Shown: positions 16,836 to 25,871, counted from the stretch's first letter. The stretch is DNA of 64,000 bases from Candidatus Nomurabacteria bacterium (GCA_963834935.1 CAWIDS010000001.1:1338-65337); one strand, 5' to 3'. Translations and numbers: made by a program. The notes: generated from the sequence alone by a model not told the origin.

Positions 16836-18461
16836 ATGTTTGAAACATTAAAGCCCTCCTTCAAGGGTGACATTGATAGCTTGGAAAAGACACTCGACTT
16901 TTATTCGCATGATGCCAGCCTTTTCGAAATAAAGCCTCAAGTAGTGCTTTACCCGAAGGATTCAGAAGACATCAAGACCATCGTCAAATGGGTCAACGAC
17001 AACCGTGCCGCTCATCCCGAACTTTCCATCACTGCCCGCTCTGCCGGCACCGACATGTCAGGAGGGGCCATCGGCAGCTCGATTATCCTCGACTTCACCC
17101 GCTACATGAACAAAATAATCGAAGTCACGCCTGACCACGCAATTGTCATGCCCGGCTGCTACTATCGTGACTTCGATGTGGAGACCCAAAAGATACAGCG
17201 TTTCATGCCTGCCTATACCGCTTCCCGCGAGATAAATGCCGTCGGCGGAATGATAGGAAACAATAGTGGCGGAGAAAAAGCCATCAAGTATGGAAAGACT
17301 GAGCAATATATCAATTCGCTCAAAGTAGTCTTTTCAGACGGCAATGAATACGAAGTGAGACCGATGACAAAGCAGGAAATCGAGCAAAAAGGCGCAGACA
17401 GCTTCTACAAGAAGATTTTCAATCTCATAAACGATAATTACGATCAGATCATGGCTGCCAAGCCGGCTGTCTCAAAGAATTCTGCGGGATATTACCTCTG
17501 GAATGTTTATGACAGGCAGACGGGTATTTTTGACCTCTGTCGACTCATTGTCGGATCACAAGGGACGCTCGGTATCGTCACTGAAATAAATTTCAAGCTT
17601 GTTCCTACACAGCCATGCTCGAATATCCTCGTGGTATTCCTGCCTTCACTCGATGATGTCAGCAAGCTTGTGACTGAAATCCTACCTTTCAAGCCCGACA
17701 GCCTCGAAACCTACGACGACAAGAGCATGATATTAGCAGTCAGGTTCTTCTTTGATTTCTTCAAACAGCTCGGCTTCTGGGGTGCAATCAAGCTCGGCTT
17801 CCAATTCGTGCCGGAAAGCCTGATGATCATCGCCGGCGGCGTGCCAAAACTCATCCTGATGATCGAATTCACCGGACAGAACGAGGAAGAAGTGAAGAAA
17901 AAACTTGTCGAAGTCAGCGAACATATCGCCCATTTCAAATTCCATATGCATATCGCCCATTCAAGCGCGGAAGCCGATAAATACTGGAGGATACGCCACG
18001 AGAGTTTCAATCTTCTGCGCAAGCACGTCAAGAACAAGCGTACTGCGCCTTTCATCGACGACATCATTGTCAAACCGGAATTTCTTCCCGAATTCTTGCC
18101 GAAGATAAAGGTATTGCTCGACCAATACAAGCTCGACTACACCGTCCAAGGCCATCTCGGCAACGGCAATTTCCACATCATTCCTTTGATGGATCTCAAC
18201 TCGCCTTTTTCCGCAGACATCATCCTGGAACTATCCGCGAAAGTATACACGCTCGTGAACGAATATCATGGCTCGATCACCGCAGAACACAATGACGGAA
18301 TCATCCGCACCCCTTACCTCGAACAGCAATATGGAAAATCGATAGTCGCGCTTTTCCAAAAAACGAAGGACATCTTCGACCCGGATAATATCTTTAATCC
18401 CGGGAAGAAAGTCGGAGGAACGTTCGAAGACATTAAAAGAGCAATTAAAAAGAAAAATTAA
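16836..18461 (+). CDS. FAD-binding oxidase (GlcD / D-lactate dehydrogenase family).
   Basis: FAD-binding PCMH motif ARSAGTDMSGGA. C-terminal GSITAEHNDGIIRTPYL. TATAAT lies 7 nt upstream of the ATG. The ORF track used TTG at 16818. Confidence 0.8.
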   Translation: MFETLKPSFKGDIDSLEKTLDFYSHDASLFEIKPQVVLYPKDSEDIKTIVKWVNDNRAAHPELSITARSAGTDMSGGAIGSSIILDFTRYMNKIIEVTPDHAIVMPGCYYRDFDVETQKIQRFMPAYTASREINAVGGMIGNNSGGEKAIKYGKTEQYINSLKVVFSDGNEYEVRPMTKQEIEQKGADSFYKKIFNLINDNYDQIMAAKPAVSKNSAGYYLWNVYDRQTGIFDLCRLIVGSQGTLGIVTEINFKLVPTQPCSNILVVFLPSLDDVSKLVTEILPFKPDSLETYDDKSMILAVRFFFDFFKQLGFWGAIKLGFQFVPESLMIIAGGVPKLILMIEFTGQNEEEVKKKLVEVSEHIAHFKFHMHIAHSSAEADKYWRIRHESFNLLRKHVKNKRTAPFIDDIIVKPEFLPEFLPKIKVLLDQYKLDYTVQGHLGNGNFHIIPLMDLNSPFSADIILELSAKVYTLVNEYHGSITAEHNDGIIRTPYLEQQYGKSIVALFQKTKDIFDPDNIFNPGKKVGGTFEDIKRAIKKKN

Positions 18462-18463
18462 AA

Positions 18464-18697
18464 ATGAATAAGACCATGAAAAATAAAATACTTGTAATTG
18501 GATCGGTTATACTGGGCATATTGTTTTTAGCACTCTCTTTCGTCTATTTTACCACTCCAGCCGGGTCCCTTCCTTCATTCATACCAGGTTTTGAGCCGGG
18601 CATTGTCAGCACTCATGTAAAGCACAGCGTTGCCTGTTTCATACTGTCACTCGCACTGTTCATCTTCGCCTGGTTTAAAAGCGCAAAAAAAGCGTAA
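18464..18697 (+). CDS. Small 2-TM membrane protein.
   Basis: ORF of 77 aa with two hydrophobic helices. Confidence 0.45.
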   Translation: MNKTMKNKILVIGSVILGILFLALSFVYFTTPAGSLPSFIPGFEPGIVSTHVKHSVACFILSLALFIFAWFKSAKKA

Positions 18698-19517
18698 GCG
18701 CTCCCACGATTACACAATAGGCCGCAAAAGGAAAAAGGGTCTTCTTCTCGAAATACTTCGTCAGGAATTTTACGGAAAAATATGCGCCGAGAGCGGAAGC
18801 AACCGAACCGGCAACTATGGGTGTAATCGCGTAACTCTGGTTTCCAATGAGTTCTGGCAGTTTCAAGACCGCGGCAGCAAAGATGATTGGCGTGGCAAGG
18901 AGGAACGAGAAATGAGCGGCATCTTCATGATTGAGGCCTATAAGTAGTCCACCACTGAGTGCCGCTCCTGTCCTTGAAAAGCCCGGAATGAGTGCCAGAG
19001 CCTGCGCAAAGCCTATCTTCACGCTCTGACCCCACGAGAGGTTCCGAGTATTAACAGTGGCTGCTTCCCTTTTTTTGCTTCTGCTTATGAGTTTTTCTGC
19101 CCCATAAAGCATGAGGCCGTTAAGAATGAGAAAGAAAGAAGCAGAACGCGGTGAAGCAAAAAGGATCTTGAATTTCTCTTCAAACAGCAAGCCGAGGATT
19201 CCCGCCGGGATGGTAGCGACCACCAGAAGCCAGCCAATCCTCTCGTATTTGTCTGCGGGGTCAATCAGCCGATTTTTCAGTGATCTAAAAATACCTTTTA
19301 TGATTAGCGCCCACTCCTTGAAGAAAAAAATAAACAACACGAAGGAGGTAGCTAGGTGTGTGGCTACGATAAAGATGAGGAAAAGATTTGAATTCTGGTC
19401 GATAGTCCATCCCAAAAGTGAAGGAATGATAACAGTGTGACCAAGACTGGAAACCGGAAAGAGTTCGGTGATTCCCTGGAAAAGGCCCAGGATTGTTGCC
19501 TGAAAAAGCGAGAACAT
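18675..19517 (-). CDS. uppP: Undecaprenyl-diphosphatase UppP (BacA).
   Basis: Motifs ITELFPVSSLGH and PGFSRTGAA. Eight TM helices. Confidence 0.9.
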   Translation of the reverse strand: MFSLFQATILGLFQGITELFPVSSLGHTVIIPSLLGWTIDQNSNLFLIFIVATHLATSFVLFIFFFKEWALIIKGIFRSLKNRLIDPADKYERIGWLLVVATIPAGILGLLFEEKFKILFASPRSASFFLILNGLMLYGAEKLISRSKKREAATVNTRNLSWGQSVKIGFAQALALIPGFSRTGAALSGGLLIGLNHEDAAHFSFLLATPIIFAAAVLKLPELIGNQSYAITPIVAGSVASALGAYFSVKFLTKYFEKKTLFPFAAYCVIVGALTLFLRF

Positions 19518-19520
19518 ATA

Positions 19521-19559
19521 GCCATTCTAACACAAATGTACTTTTTGTGTTAGAATGGC
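19521..19559. promoter_or_regulatory. Perfect 16-bp inverted repeat. Each arm carries an extended -10 (TGTGTTAGAAT), one facing tRNA-Glu and one facing uppP.
   Basis: GCCATTCTAACACAAA-tgtactt-TTTGTGTTAGAATGGC. On the + strand TAGAAT ends about 11 nt before the tRNA. On the - strand TAGAAT ends 6 nt before the uppP ATG. Confidence 0.55.
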
Positions 19560-19567
19560 GAACTAAC

Positions 19568-19639
19568 GGCCCTATCGTCTATCGGTTAGGACGAAGCCTT
19601 CTCAAGGCTTAAAGCCGGGTTCGATTCCCGGTAGGGTCA
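19568..19639 (+). tRNA. tRNA-Glu (anticodon CUC).
   Basis: Manual cloverleaf: acceptor GGCCCTA/TAGGGTC, D-stem GTCT/GGAC, anticodon stem AAGCC/GGCTT with loop TTCTCAA, T-arm CCGGG-TTCGATT-CCCGG, discriminator A. 72 nt; CC is encoded after it. Confidence 0.85.
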
Positions 19640-19696
19640 CCTTCAACAGCTATCTGGTTACTACAAGCACGAAGCAATGATTCAGGTGCCCCCGCG

Positions 19697-19729
19697 AGAC
19701 CCAAGTGAAAGCTCGGGTCTTTTTTTATT
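19697..19729 (+). terminator. Terminator after the tRNA.
   Basis: Hairpin AGACCCaagtgaaagctcGGGTCT followed by TTTTTTTATT. Confidence 0.75.
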
Positions 19730-19732
19730 AAA

Positions 19733-19763
19733 ATAAAAAAGGCGTCAACTACGAAGCGACGCC
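19733..19763 (-). terminator. Terminator for the minus-strand gene 19749..20072.
   Basis: AAAAAAA then GGCGTCaactacgaagcGACGCC on the plus strand. The hairpin overlaps the stop codon. Confidence 0.6.
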
Positions 19764-20072
19764 TGCCTCCTGCACTGGCCGGAGGAATTTCAAATGAGAG
19801 ATGCGCTCTTCTCTCGATTTCTTCCTTCGCTGAAGCTCGCTGCCGAAAACCGATTTAAATTCACCGAATCTGATGGTGATCGGTCTATTATTGGCAAAAT
19901 AATATTCCCGGCAGATGTCCGAAAGAAGCTGCTTCTCCTCTGTAGAGGTAAGCGCCCTGGCTTTCTTGGCTATCAAGCGCTCCCTTTTTTTATGAAATTC
20001 GTCGGCCATCATGCCGACATATCCGTCCAATTTCTGTTGTCGAGTCTTCATCCGAACATCTTTATACCACAA
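19749..20072 (-). CDS. Hypothetical basic protein.
   Basis: ORF of 107 aa. Probably starts at an internal Met (MKTRQQ...). Confidence 0.35.
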   Translation of the reverse strand: MWYKDVRMKTRQQKLDGYVGMMADEFHKKRERLIAKKARALTSTEEKQLLSDICREYYFANNRPITIRFGEFKSVFGSELQRRKKSREERISHLKFLRPVQEAGVAS

Positions 20073-20134
20073 AATATGAAAATTGACATCCTTTGATTTA
20101 ACTGTAAGGTTATGTCAGGACTGCACAAAACTCT

Positions 20135-20236
20135 ATGGCAAAACAGAAGCATGACTCGAAAGTCAAAAAGAGGATGAAAAACCTTGAAGCGAAAAGACGC
20201 AAAAAGGAACTGAAAAGTCTTCGCCGCTACTATTAA
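20135..20236 (+). CDS. 33-aa highly basic peptide (MAKQKHDSKVKKRMKNLEAKRRKKELKSLRRYY).
   Basis: Not in the >=60-aa ORF track. Carries its own strong terminator. The C-terminus is reminiscent of ribosomal protein bS21 tails, but that identity is unproven. Confidence 0.35.
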   Translation: MAKQKHDSKVKKRMKNLEAKRRKKELKSLRRYY

Positions 20237-20263
20237 GATGAGCTTCGAGAGCTCTCCAACTCG

Positions 20264-20286
20264 CCACCTTCCGGTGGTTTTTTATA
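20264..20286 (+). terminator. Rho-independent terminator.
   Basis: Hairpin CCACCttccGGTGG followed by TTTTTTAT. Confidence 0.7.
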
Positions 20287-20299
20287 TGCCAGCAAAATG

Positions 20300-22012
20300 C
20301 TACCTGTCTGGTGGAATCCCGTAATAGGTGATAAGGAAATTGGTAAGATCAACGAATGTGGGACCGAGAGATTGCGACGAATATGGCACTCCTTGCGGAT
20401 TGACTGCATACATGAATATCAGGAATTGAGGATTGTAAGCGGGGAGATAACCGAAGAAGGAATGGAGATTGTGGCTATCATCGTAATATCCTCCACCAGG
20501 CGCCGGAATCTGAGCCGTACCGGTCTTCTCTGCGATGCTATAATGAGGATTCTTTGCCGCACCATTCTGGAAATACTGGTCGAAGTCATCGACGAGCATG
20601 TCAGTGACCGCTTTGGACGTGGAAGGCTTGATGACCTGTGGTCCGGTCGGATAGGTAATATCCTTGAAAGTGCCTATGGTGTAATTTATCCTTTTCACTA
20701 TATGCGGAGTGATGAGCGTTCCGCCATTCGCTATTGCCGAAAGGGCGCGCACCACTTCAAGCGGAGTGACGGCGATGCCCTGTCCGAATGAAGCAGTAGC
20801 GTATTCCAAGTCGCGCGGGCTGTTGAGGTTCGATATGAGCCCTGTCGCTTCGTTCGGAAGGTCGACGCCCGTCTTCTGCCCCAGCCCGAATGCAGTAAAA
20901 TATTTCCTGAAATTATCATGGCCAATTTTTTGCGACAAGAAGACGAATCCGGTATTAAGCGAGTAGCCCATCGCTTCCTGCATCGGAATCACCCCTCTTC
21001 CCGCCTTATCGAAATTATAGATCGTGCTGCCATTCAAAGTGACCGATCCTGTATCATCATACGTGGTGCTTGCGTTGGCGATGCCGAGATCGATGGCAGT
21101 GGCCATCGTCAAAGGCTTGACGATGGAACCCATCTCATGGACATTCTCCACCACATCATTCGAAAATACCGCGGAGCTTTTTTGAACCCTGAAATTATTC
21201 GGATCGAAGGTAGGATTCAAGGCCATTGCATATATCTCGCCGGTCTTCGGGTTGATGATAAGGCCACCGATGCTTTCAGGGTTGTATTCATCCTTCACTT
21301 TCTGCAGAGCTTTCTCAAGCGTATCCTGCACAGTCGGATCGATAGTGGTAACAAGATCGCCTTCGAGCGGCTTGTCCTGCACGACAGTCTTATTAACGTC
21401 AGCGAATATCTCAGCAAAGAAATTCACATAGACGTCGTTGGCATTCCTTGCGAGCACATCGTCATAATAGCTTTCGAGGCCGTATCTTCCGGCAAGCACG
21501 TCGCCCTTATAGCCTACGAAACCGAGGACATGCGCAGCAAGCGAGCCGGCCGGATAGTCGCGCCAGCTGTCTTGATAGATGGAAATGCCTGGCAAGCCGA
21601 GAGATTCGACAGTCTTAGCTTTGTCGTCATCAACCTGTTTTTCGACTTCGACATAGCTTTCAGTCTTGTCTGCAGCTCGCTCGTCAAAATTAACACAATC
21701 AATGTCGCTGATGATGGCCTGTATCTTCTCGCAAGTTGAGGTGGCATCTTTGACTTTCTGAGGATCCAGTGCGATGAGGTAGCCAGACTTCAAGGTCGCC
21801 GCAGAAACTTCATTGCCGTCCTTATCGGTAAAAAAGATAGAGCCGCGATCGAAGACATATTGCGCTGGACGCACGTACTGGCGGTCAGCGCGGTCTGTCA
21901 GTTCCTTGCCGTGCACGATCTGCAGCAAGTAAAGCCGGCTTATGAGCACCAAGGCGAAAGCGACTATCAGGAATGAGAAAAGGCGTATGCGGAATTGGAA
22001 AGAAGATTTCAT
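20300..22012 (-). CDS. ftsI: Peptidoglycan D,D-transpeptidase FtsI (class B PBP).
   Basis: N-terminal TM anchor and PBP dimerisation domain. Motifs SIVKP (SxxK), SLN (SxN) and KTGTA. Sits in the dcw context after ftsL. Confidence 0.9.
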   Translation of the reverse strand: MKSSFQFRIRLFSFLIVAFALVLISRLYLLQIVHGKELTDRADRQYVRPAQYVFDRGSIFFTDKDGNEVSAATLKSGYLIALDPQKVKDATSTCEKIQAIISDIDCVNFDERAADKTESYVEVEKQVDDDKAKTVESLGLPGISIYQDSWRDYPAGSLAAHVLGFVGYKGDVLAGRYGLESYYDDVLARNANDVYVNFFAEIFADVNKTVVQDKPLEGDLVTTIDPTVQDTLEKALQKVKDEYNPESIGGLIINPKTGEIYAMALNPTFDPNNFRVQKSSAVFSNDVVENVHEMGSIVKPLTMATAIDLGIANASTTYDDTGSVTLNGSTIYNFDKAGRGVIPMQEAMGYSLNTGFVFLSQKIGHDNFRKYFTAFGLGQKTGVDLPNEATGLISNLNSPRDLEYATASFGQGIAVTPLEVVRALSAIANGGTLITPHIVKRINYTIGTFKDITYPTGPQVIKPSTSKAVTDMLVDDFDQYFQNGAAKNPHYSIAEKTGTAQIPAPGGGYYDDSHNLHSFFGYLPAYNPQFLIFMYAVNPQGVPYSSQSLGPTFVDLTNFLITYYGIPPDR

Positions 22013-22028
22013 CCGTCAGCTTATTTTA

Positions 22029-22361
22029 CTACTCAACCTTGTTAATTGAAAGCGCCTTGCCGAAGGTAGGTCTCGAGACATAGGTAGTATCCTTGTCATT
22101 TGCATCCTTAAAGCCGAGTGCGTAGGCATTATTGATGCTGACTGCGTTCTTGAGGGTGATATAGCTATATTCGAGCTGCGAGACCTGGTTGGTAACCGCA
22201 CTAATCTTAGCTGTGGTATTCTTTCGCGTGACGACGTTCCAAACTGTCTTATTCACCATATAGGCATACGAAAAGCAGAGCATGACAATGATCGCCAGAA
22301 GTACAAGCATGATCTTCTTCTCCTGGCTGTATTCATGTATCGTTTGTTCTATTTTTTTCAT
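22029..22361 (-). CDS. FtsL-like cell division protein.
   Basis: 110 aa with a single TM segment. Positioned between rsmH and ftsI. Confidence 0.55.
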   Translation of the reverse strand: MKKIEQTIHEYSQEKKIMLVLLAIIVMLCFSYAYMVNKTVWNVVTRKNTTAKISAVTNQVSQLEYSYITLKNAVSINNAYALGFKDANDKDTTYVSRPTFGKALSINKVE

Positions 22362-22372
22362 ATATGGTGCTG

Positions 22373-23278
22373 TTATTTTTTGCTTATAATCCTTAACTTC
22401 GCGCTTCGCGACCTCGGGTTATCCCTTATCTCGCTTTCAGCCGGCACGATCGCTTTCTTGGTGATGATCGTTCCGAAACCTTCCTTTTCCTTATCCTTAT
22501 AAAAATGCTTTACGATCCGATCTTCCAGGCTGTGAAAGGAGATGACTGCCATCCTGCCGCCTGGAGAAAGGAGCTCAAATCCTTTCTGCAAGCCTTCCTT
22601 GAGCGCCCCGAGCTCGTCGTTGACCGTGATCCGAAGCGCTTGGAAGGTCTTGGTAGCAGGATGCGGCCTTTTCTTCAGCGAGAATTTGCGGGTGATCGGC
22701 GGCATCGCTTCCTCGATGATCTTGGCAAGCTCTGCGGCGGTCTTTATGCGGTGATTCGCCCGCTTCTCGACAATCGCCCTTGCGATCCTCCTCGCATATC
22801 TTTCTTCGCCGTATCCGTAGATGACATCCGCTATAGATGATTCTTCCCATTCATTGACGATGTCGTCTGCATTAAAAAGCTGCGAATGGGGATCTTTTGA
22901 GAAAGTCATATGGAGCGGCTCTTCATTCTTGAAGGAGAATCCCCTGCCAGACTCTTCTAGCTGAAAGGAGCTTAATCCAAGATCCAAAAGTATTCGGTCT
23001 GCATGATTTAAATCGTGGGCCGATAATACTTTGTCGATATTGCGATAATCTTCCTTAGCCAGATACAGTCGGGAGGAGAATGGATCGAGGCGCGCTCTGC
23101 TTCGTTCCAAGGCATCAGCATCGCGATCTATTCCAACAATGCTTACCTTGTCGCCCCATTCCTTTGCCACTTCTTCGCTATGGCCTCCCCCGCCGAGAGT
23201 ACCATCGACAAAGACGTCTCCTTCGTGAATATCCAATCCGTCTATCGATTCGTGTAAAAGAACTGTCTCGTGAGTCAT
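22373..23278 (-). CDS. rsmH: 16S rRNA (cytosine1402-N4)-methyltransferase RsmH (MraW).
   Basis: Start MTHETVLLHESIDGL lies immediately after the mraZ stop. SAM-binding motif DGTLGGGGHS. The ORF track over-extended the 5' end to 23401. Confidence 0.9.
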   Translation of the reverse strand: MTHETVLLHESIDGLDIHEGDVFVDGTLGGGGHSEEVAKEWGDKVSIVGIDRDADALERSRARLDPFSSRLYLAKEDYRNIDKVLSAHDLNHADRILLDLGLSSFQLEESGRGFSFKNEEPLHMTFSKDPHSQLFNADDIVNEWEESSIADVIYGYGEERYARRIARAIVEKRANHRIKTAAELAKIIEEAMPPITRKFSLKKRPHPATKTFQALRITVNDELGALKEGLQKGFELLSPGGRMAVISFHSLEDRIVKHFYKDKEKEGFGTIITKKAIVPAESEIRDNPRSRSAKLRIISKK

Positions 23279-23279
23279 G

Positions 23280-23714
23280 TCAGATGGCGCCGATCTCTCC
23301 AAGTTTCTGCGCGAGCCTGTCAGCCTCCGCCCGCACTTTCTTCTTGTAGCTGATCCATGCCGTCTCATCCCATACCTCGACTCGGTTGTGAACTCCTGCA
23401 AAAACCACCTTTCCCGTCAGCTTGGCGAAATCCCGGAGATACTCCGGAATCAAGATCCTTCCGATGGCATCCACATCGACTTCGACGGCGCCTGAAAGGA
23501 AGAAGCGATTGAATCCTCGCGAATCTGACTGGCCGAATGAGAGATTTCCCAGCTTGTCAGAAATCTTTTCCCATTCCTTTACCCCGTACACGAACAAACA
23601 ATTGTCGAGACCATGCGTCACCACAATTTTCTTTCCCATTTCCTTGCGAAATTTCATCGGCAAGGAAATCCTTTTTTTATCATCTTGCGTGTGCGTATAT
23701 TCTCCGATTAACAT
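23280..23714 (-). CDS. mraZ: Transcriptional regulator MraZ.
   Basis: Two SpoVT/AbrB-like halves. First gene of a dcw-type cluster. Confidence 0.9.
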   Translation of the reverse strand: MLIGEYTHTQDDKKRISLPMKFRKEMGKKIVVTHGLDNCLFVYGVKEWEKISDKLGNLSFGQSDSRGFNRFFLSGAVEVDVDAIGRILIPEYLRDFAKLTGKVVFAGVHNRVEVWDETAWISYKKKVRAEADRLAQKLGEIGAI

Positions 23715-23726
23715 ATATTTTTATAT

Positions 23727-23763
23727 TCCCACTTCTTCCCACTTATCTACTATCATATCCCAC
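23727..23763 (-). promoter_or_regulatory. Three direct GTGGGA repeats (MraZ-box-like) upstream of mraZ.
   Basis: TCCCAC on the plus strand at about 23727, 23737 and 23758. The spacing is 10 and 21 bp, as for known MraZ operators. Confidence 0.5.
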
Positions 23764-23799
23764 CTCTCAGACTGGGGTCAAATTACTTATCCACACGAT

Positions 23800-23836
23800 A
23801 AAGGCCTCTGTTTCCAGAGGCCTTTAGTCTTTTTAT
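23800..23836. terminator. Hairpin terminator between the grpB 3' end and the mraZ promoter.
   Basis: AAAGGCCTCTgtttccAGAGGCCTTT, then AGTCTTTTTA. Confidence 0.5.
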
Positions 23837-23849
23837 ATGAGGCAAAAAA

Positions 23850-24371
23850 TCAGATTTCGGAGAGCGCTTCCCTTTCCGCCAAAGCGACGATCTTGGAAAC
23901 GAATTCATCCTTATTCGTCGTATAAGCCTGGTCGATAGTCGGATCCTTTTTAAGGATATTAAGCTTGAATTGCTCGTATTCCTTGGCGGATTGCGGGTGC
24001 TTGATGAGATAATCACGGAAAAGTATCTGTCTCTTCCAGAACGTGGTCCGGTCGGCATACGCAAGCGAGAGGTGGAATTCGGTCGGATTACCTTTCCTGA
24101 AAAAATGCCGCTCTGACGACGAATTCTCCTGGACATAGCTGTAGCCGATCGCTTCCAGAGGCTTGATGAATTGTTCCGCATCCTTGTACGAGCCTATGAG
24201 CACGCCAATGTCGATGATGGGCTTTGAAAGCATTCCGGGAATCGCGGTGCTTCCGATATGCTGGACATCGAGAAGCAAGTCCCCGAAAACTATTTTAACC
24301 TTTTCCGCTTCGCCTTTGTATTTTTCTTCCCACTCCGGCGAATAAGGCATGAGCACTTGGTTTTGATTCAT
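23850..24371 (-). CDS. grpB: GrpB-family protein (UPF0157, nucleotidyltransferase-like).
   Basis: DVQHIGSTAIPGMLSKPIIDI signature. Confidence 0.75.
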   Translation of the reverse strand: MNQNQVLMPYSPEWEEKYKGEAEKVKIVFGDLLLDVQHIGSTAIPGMLSKPIIDIGVLIGSYKDAEQFIKPLEAIGYSYVQENSSSERHFFRKGNPTEFHLSLAYADRTTFWKRQILFRDYLIKHPQSAKEYEQFKLNILKKDPTIDQAYTTNKDEFVSKIVALAEREALSEI

Positions 24372-24389
24372 GGGTTTATTATATCACTT

Positions 24390-25853
24390 TTATTCCTTTG
24401 GTTTCAAAAGCGGAAAGATCTGCGTCTCACGGACAGACTTGTCAGAGAGGAAAGCGAATACCCTTTCGCTGAAGCCGAAGCCGCAGCTGGGAGGCATGCC
24501 GTATTCAAGCGCTTCGACGAATTCCCTGTCGAACATCTGAGCTTCTTCATCGCCGGCCTCGCGAAGCCGCGACTGGCTCTCGAACCTCTCCGCCTGATCT
24601 ATCGGATCATTAAGCTCGCTATAGCCGTTTCCGAGCTCGCTACCGGCAATGATCGGCTGAAAACGCTCAGTTATACCCTTCCTCTCTGAAGATTCCTTTG
24701 CGAGAGGAGAGATTTCTTTCGGAGCGCCTACCAAGAATCCGGGGCCTCCGATCTTCCTCCGGCAATATTTCCAAAGGCTGTCTATCGCCCTTACTTTGCC
24801 CCAGCCTTTCGTATCATATCTAACGGCAAGTTCCGTAAGCTTTTTCTCTATTTCACTCAAGCTCGCGACACTGATATCAATGCCTGTCATTTCTTTTATC
24901 GTTTCAGTATAATCATAAAGTTCCCATTTCTTTCCTAGATCGACATTAAAATCTCCTATCTTGAATTGAAGCGTTCCGAAGGTTTCTTGAGCCAGGTATT
25001 TATACATCTTCTCAACAAGCTCCATTCCTTTCTTGTAATCTGCATATGCCCAATAGAATTCCATCTGGGTGTAATCCTGAAGATGCTCAGCCGACATTCC
25101 TTCATTCCTGAATATCCTGCCTATTTCGAAAATCTTGGGAAAGCCTGCTACAATGAGCTTCTTCTGCCACAATTCTCCTGCAGAGATTCTCAGATAGACA
25201 TCAGTACCAAGCGCATGATGATGAGTCTCGAACGGACGTGCATCAGCACCCCCTGTTGTATTTTCCAAGACAGGAGTCTCTACTTCCAAAAATCCTTCGT
25301 TCATCAGGAATGTCCTGATCGACTGCCAGAACTTTGCTTTTCTTATTATCATTCCGCGTACATCGTCATTAAAAAGGATATCGAGATAGCGTTTGCGCAA
25401 TCGCTCTTCCACATCCTGCAATCCGCTCCATTTTTCGGGAAGATTGCGGAGACTCTTGGAAAGCATATTCCAGGAAACAACCTCAATGGTCTGCTGGCCT
25501 CGCTTGGTGACAAAGACAGTTCCCGATACTTCGACGAAGTCACCGATGTCGACCGCCTGGTCAAAAAGAGAGAATATCTCTTCGGTCTTTTCATCTTTCT
25601 TGAGAAAAGCCTGGAATTTTCCGGTGCCGTCAAAGAGATCGAAGAAAATGAGCCCTCCTTGAGAACGGAAAGACATGACGCGGCCGCCGATTGTCACTTG
25701 CTCCTTTTGCGATTCGAGATCAGAAAATTTCTCGATGACTTCGCTGATAGTATGCGTAATATGAGATTCTGTCGGATAAGGATCTATTCCCTTTCCTTTG
25801 AGAATTGCCAATTTGGCAAGCCTCGCTTGCTGAATTTCTTCGATTGATGCCAT
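24390..25853 (-). CDS. lysS: Lysyl-tRNA synthetase, class II.
   Basis: N-terminal OB-fold region. Motif 2 IFRNEGMSAEH. C-terminal GFGFSER. Confidence 0.85.
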   Translation of the reverse strand: MASIEEIQQARLAKLAILKGKGIDPYPTESHITHTISEVIEKFSDLESQKEQVTIGGRVMSFRSQGGLIFFDLFDGTGKFQAFLKKDEKTEEIFSLFDQAVDIGDFVEVSGTVFVTKRGQQTIEVVSWNMLSKSLRNLPEKWSGLQDVEERLRKRYLDILFNDDVRGMIIRKAKFWQSIRTFLMNEGFLEVETPVLENTTGGADARPFETHHHALGTDVYLRISAGELWQKKLIVAGFPKIFEIGRIFRNEGMSAEHLQDYTQMEFYWAYADYKKGMELVEKMYKYLAQETFGTLQFKIGDFNVDLGKKWELYDYTETIKEMTGIDISVASLSEIEKKLTELAVRYDTKGWGKVRAIDSLWKYCRRKIGGPGFLVGAPKEISPLAKESSERKGITERFQPIIAGSELGNGYSELNDPIDQAERFESQSRLREAGDEEAQMFDREFVEALEYGMPPSCGFGFSERVFAFLSDKSVRETQIFPLLKPKE

Positions 25854-25871
25854 TGAACTATTATAAGATAT

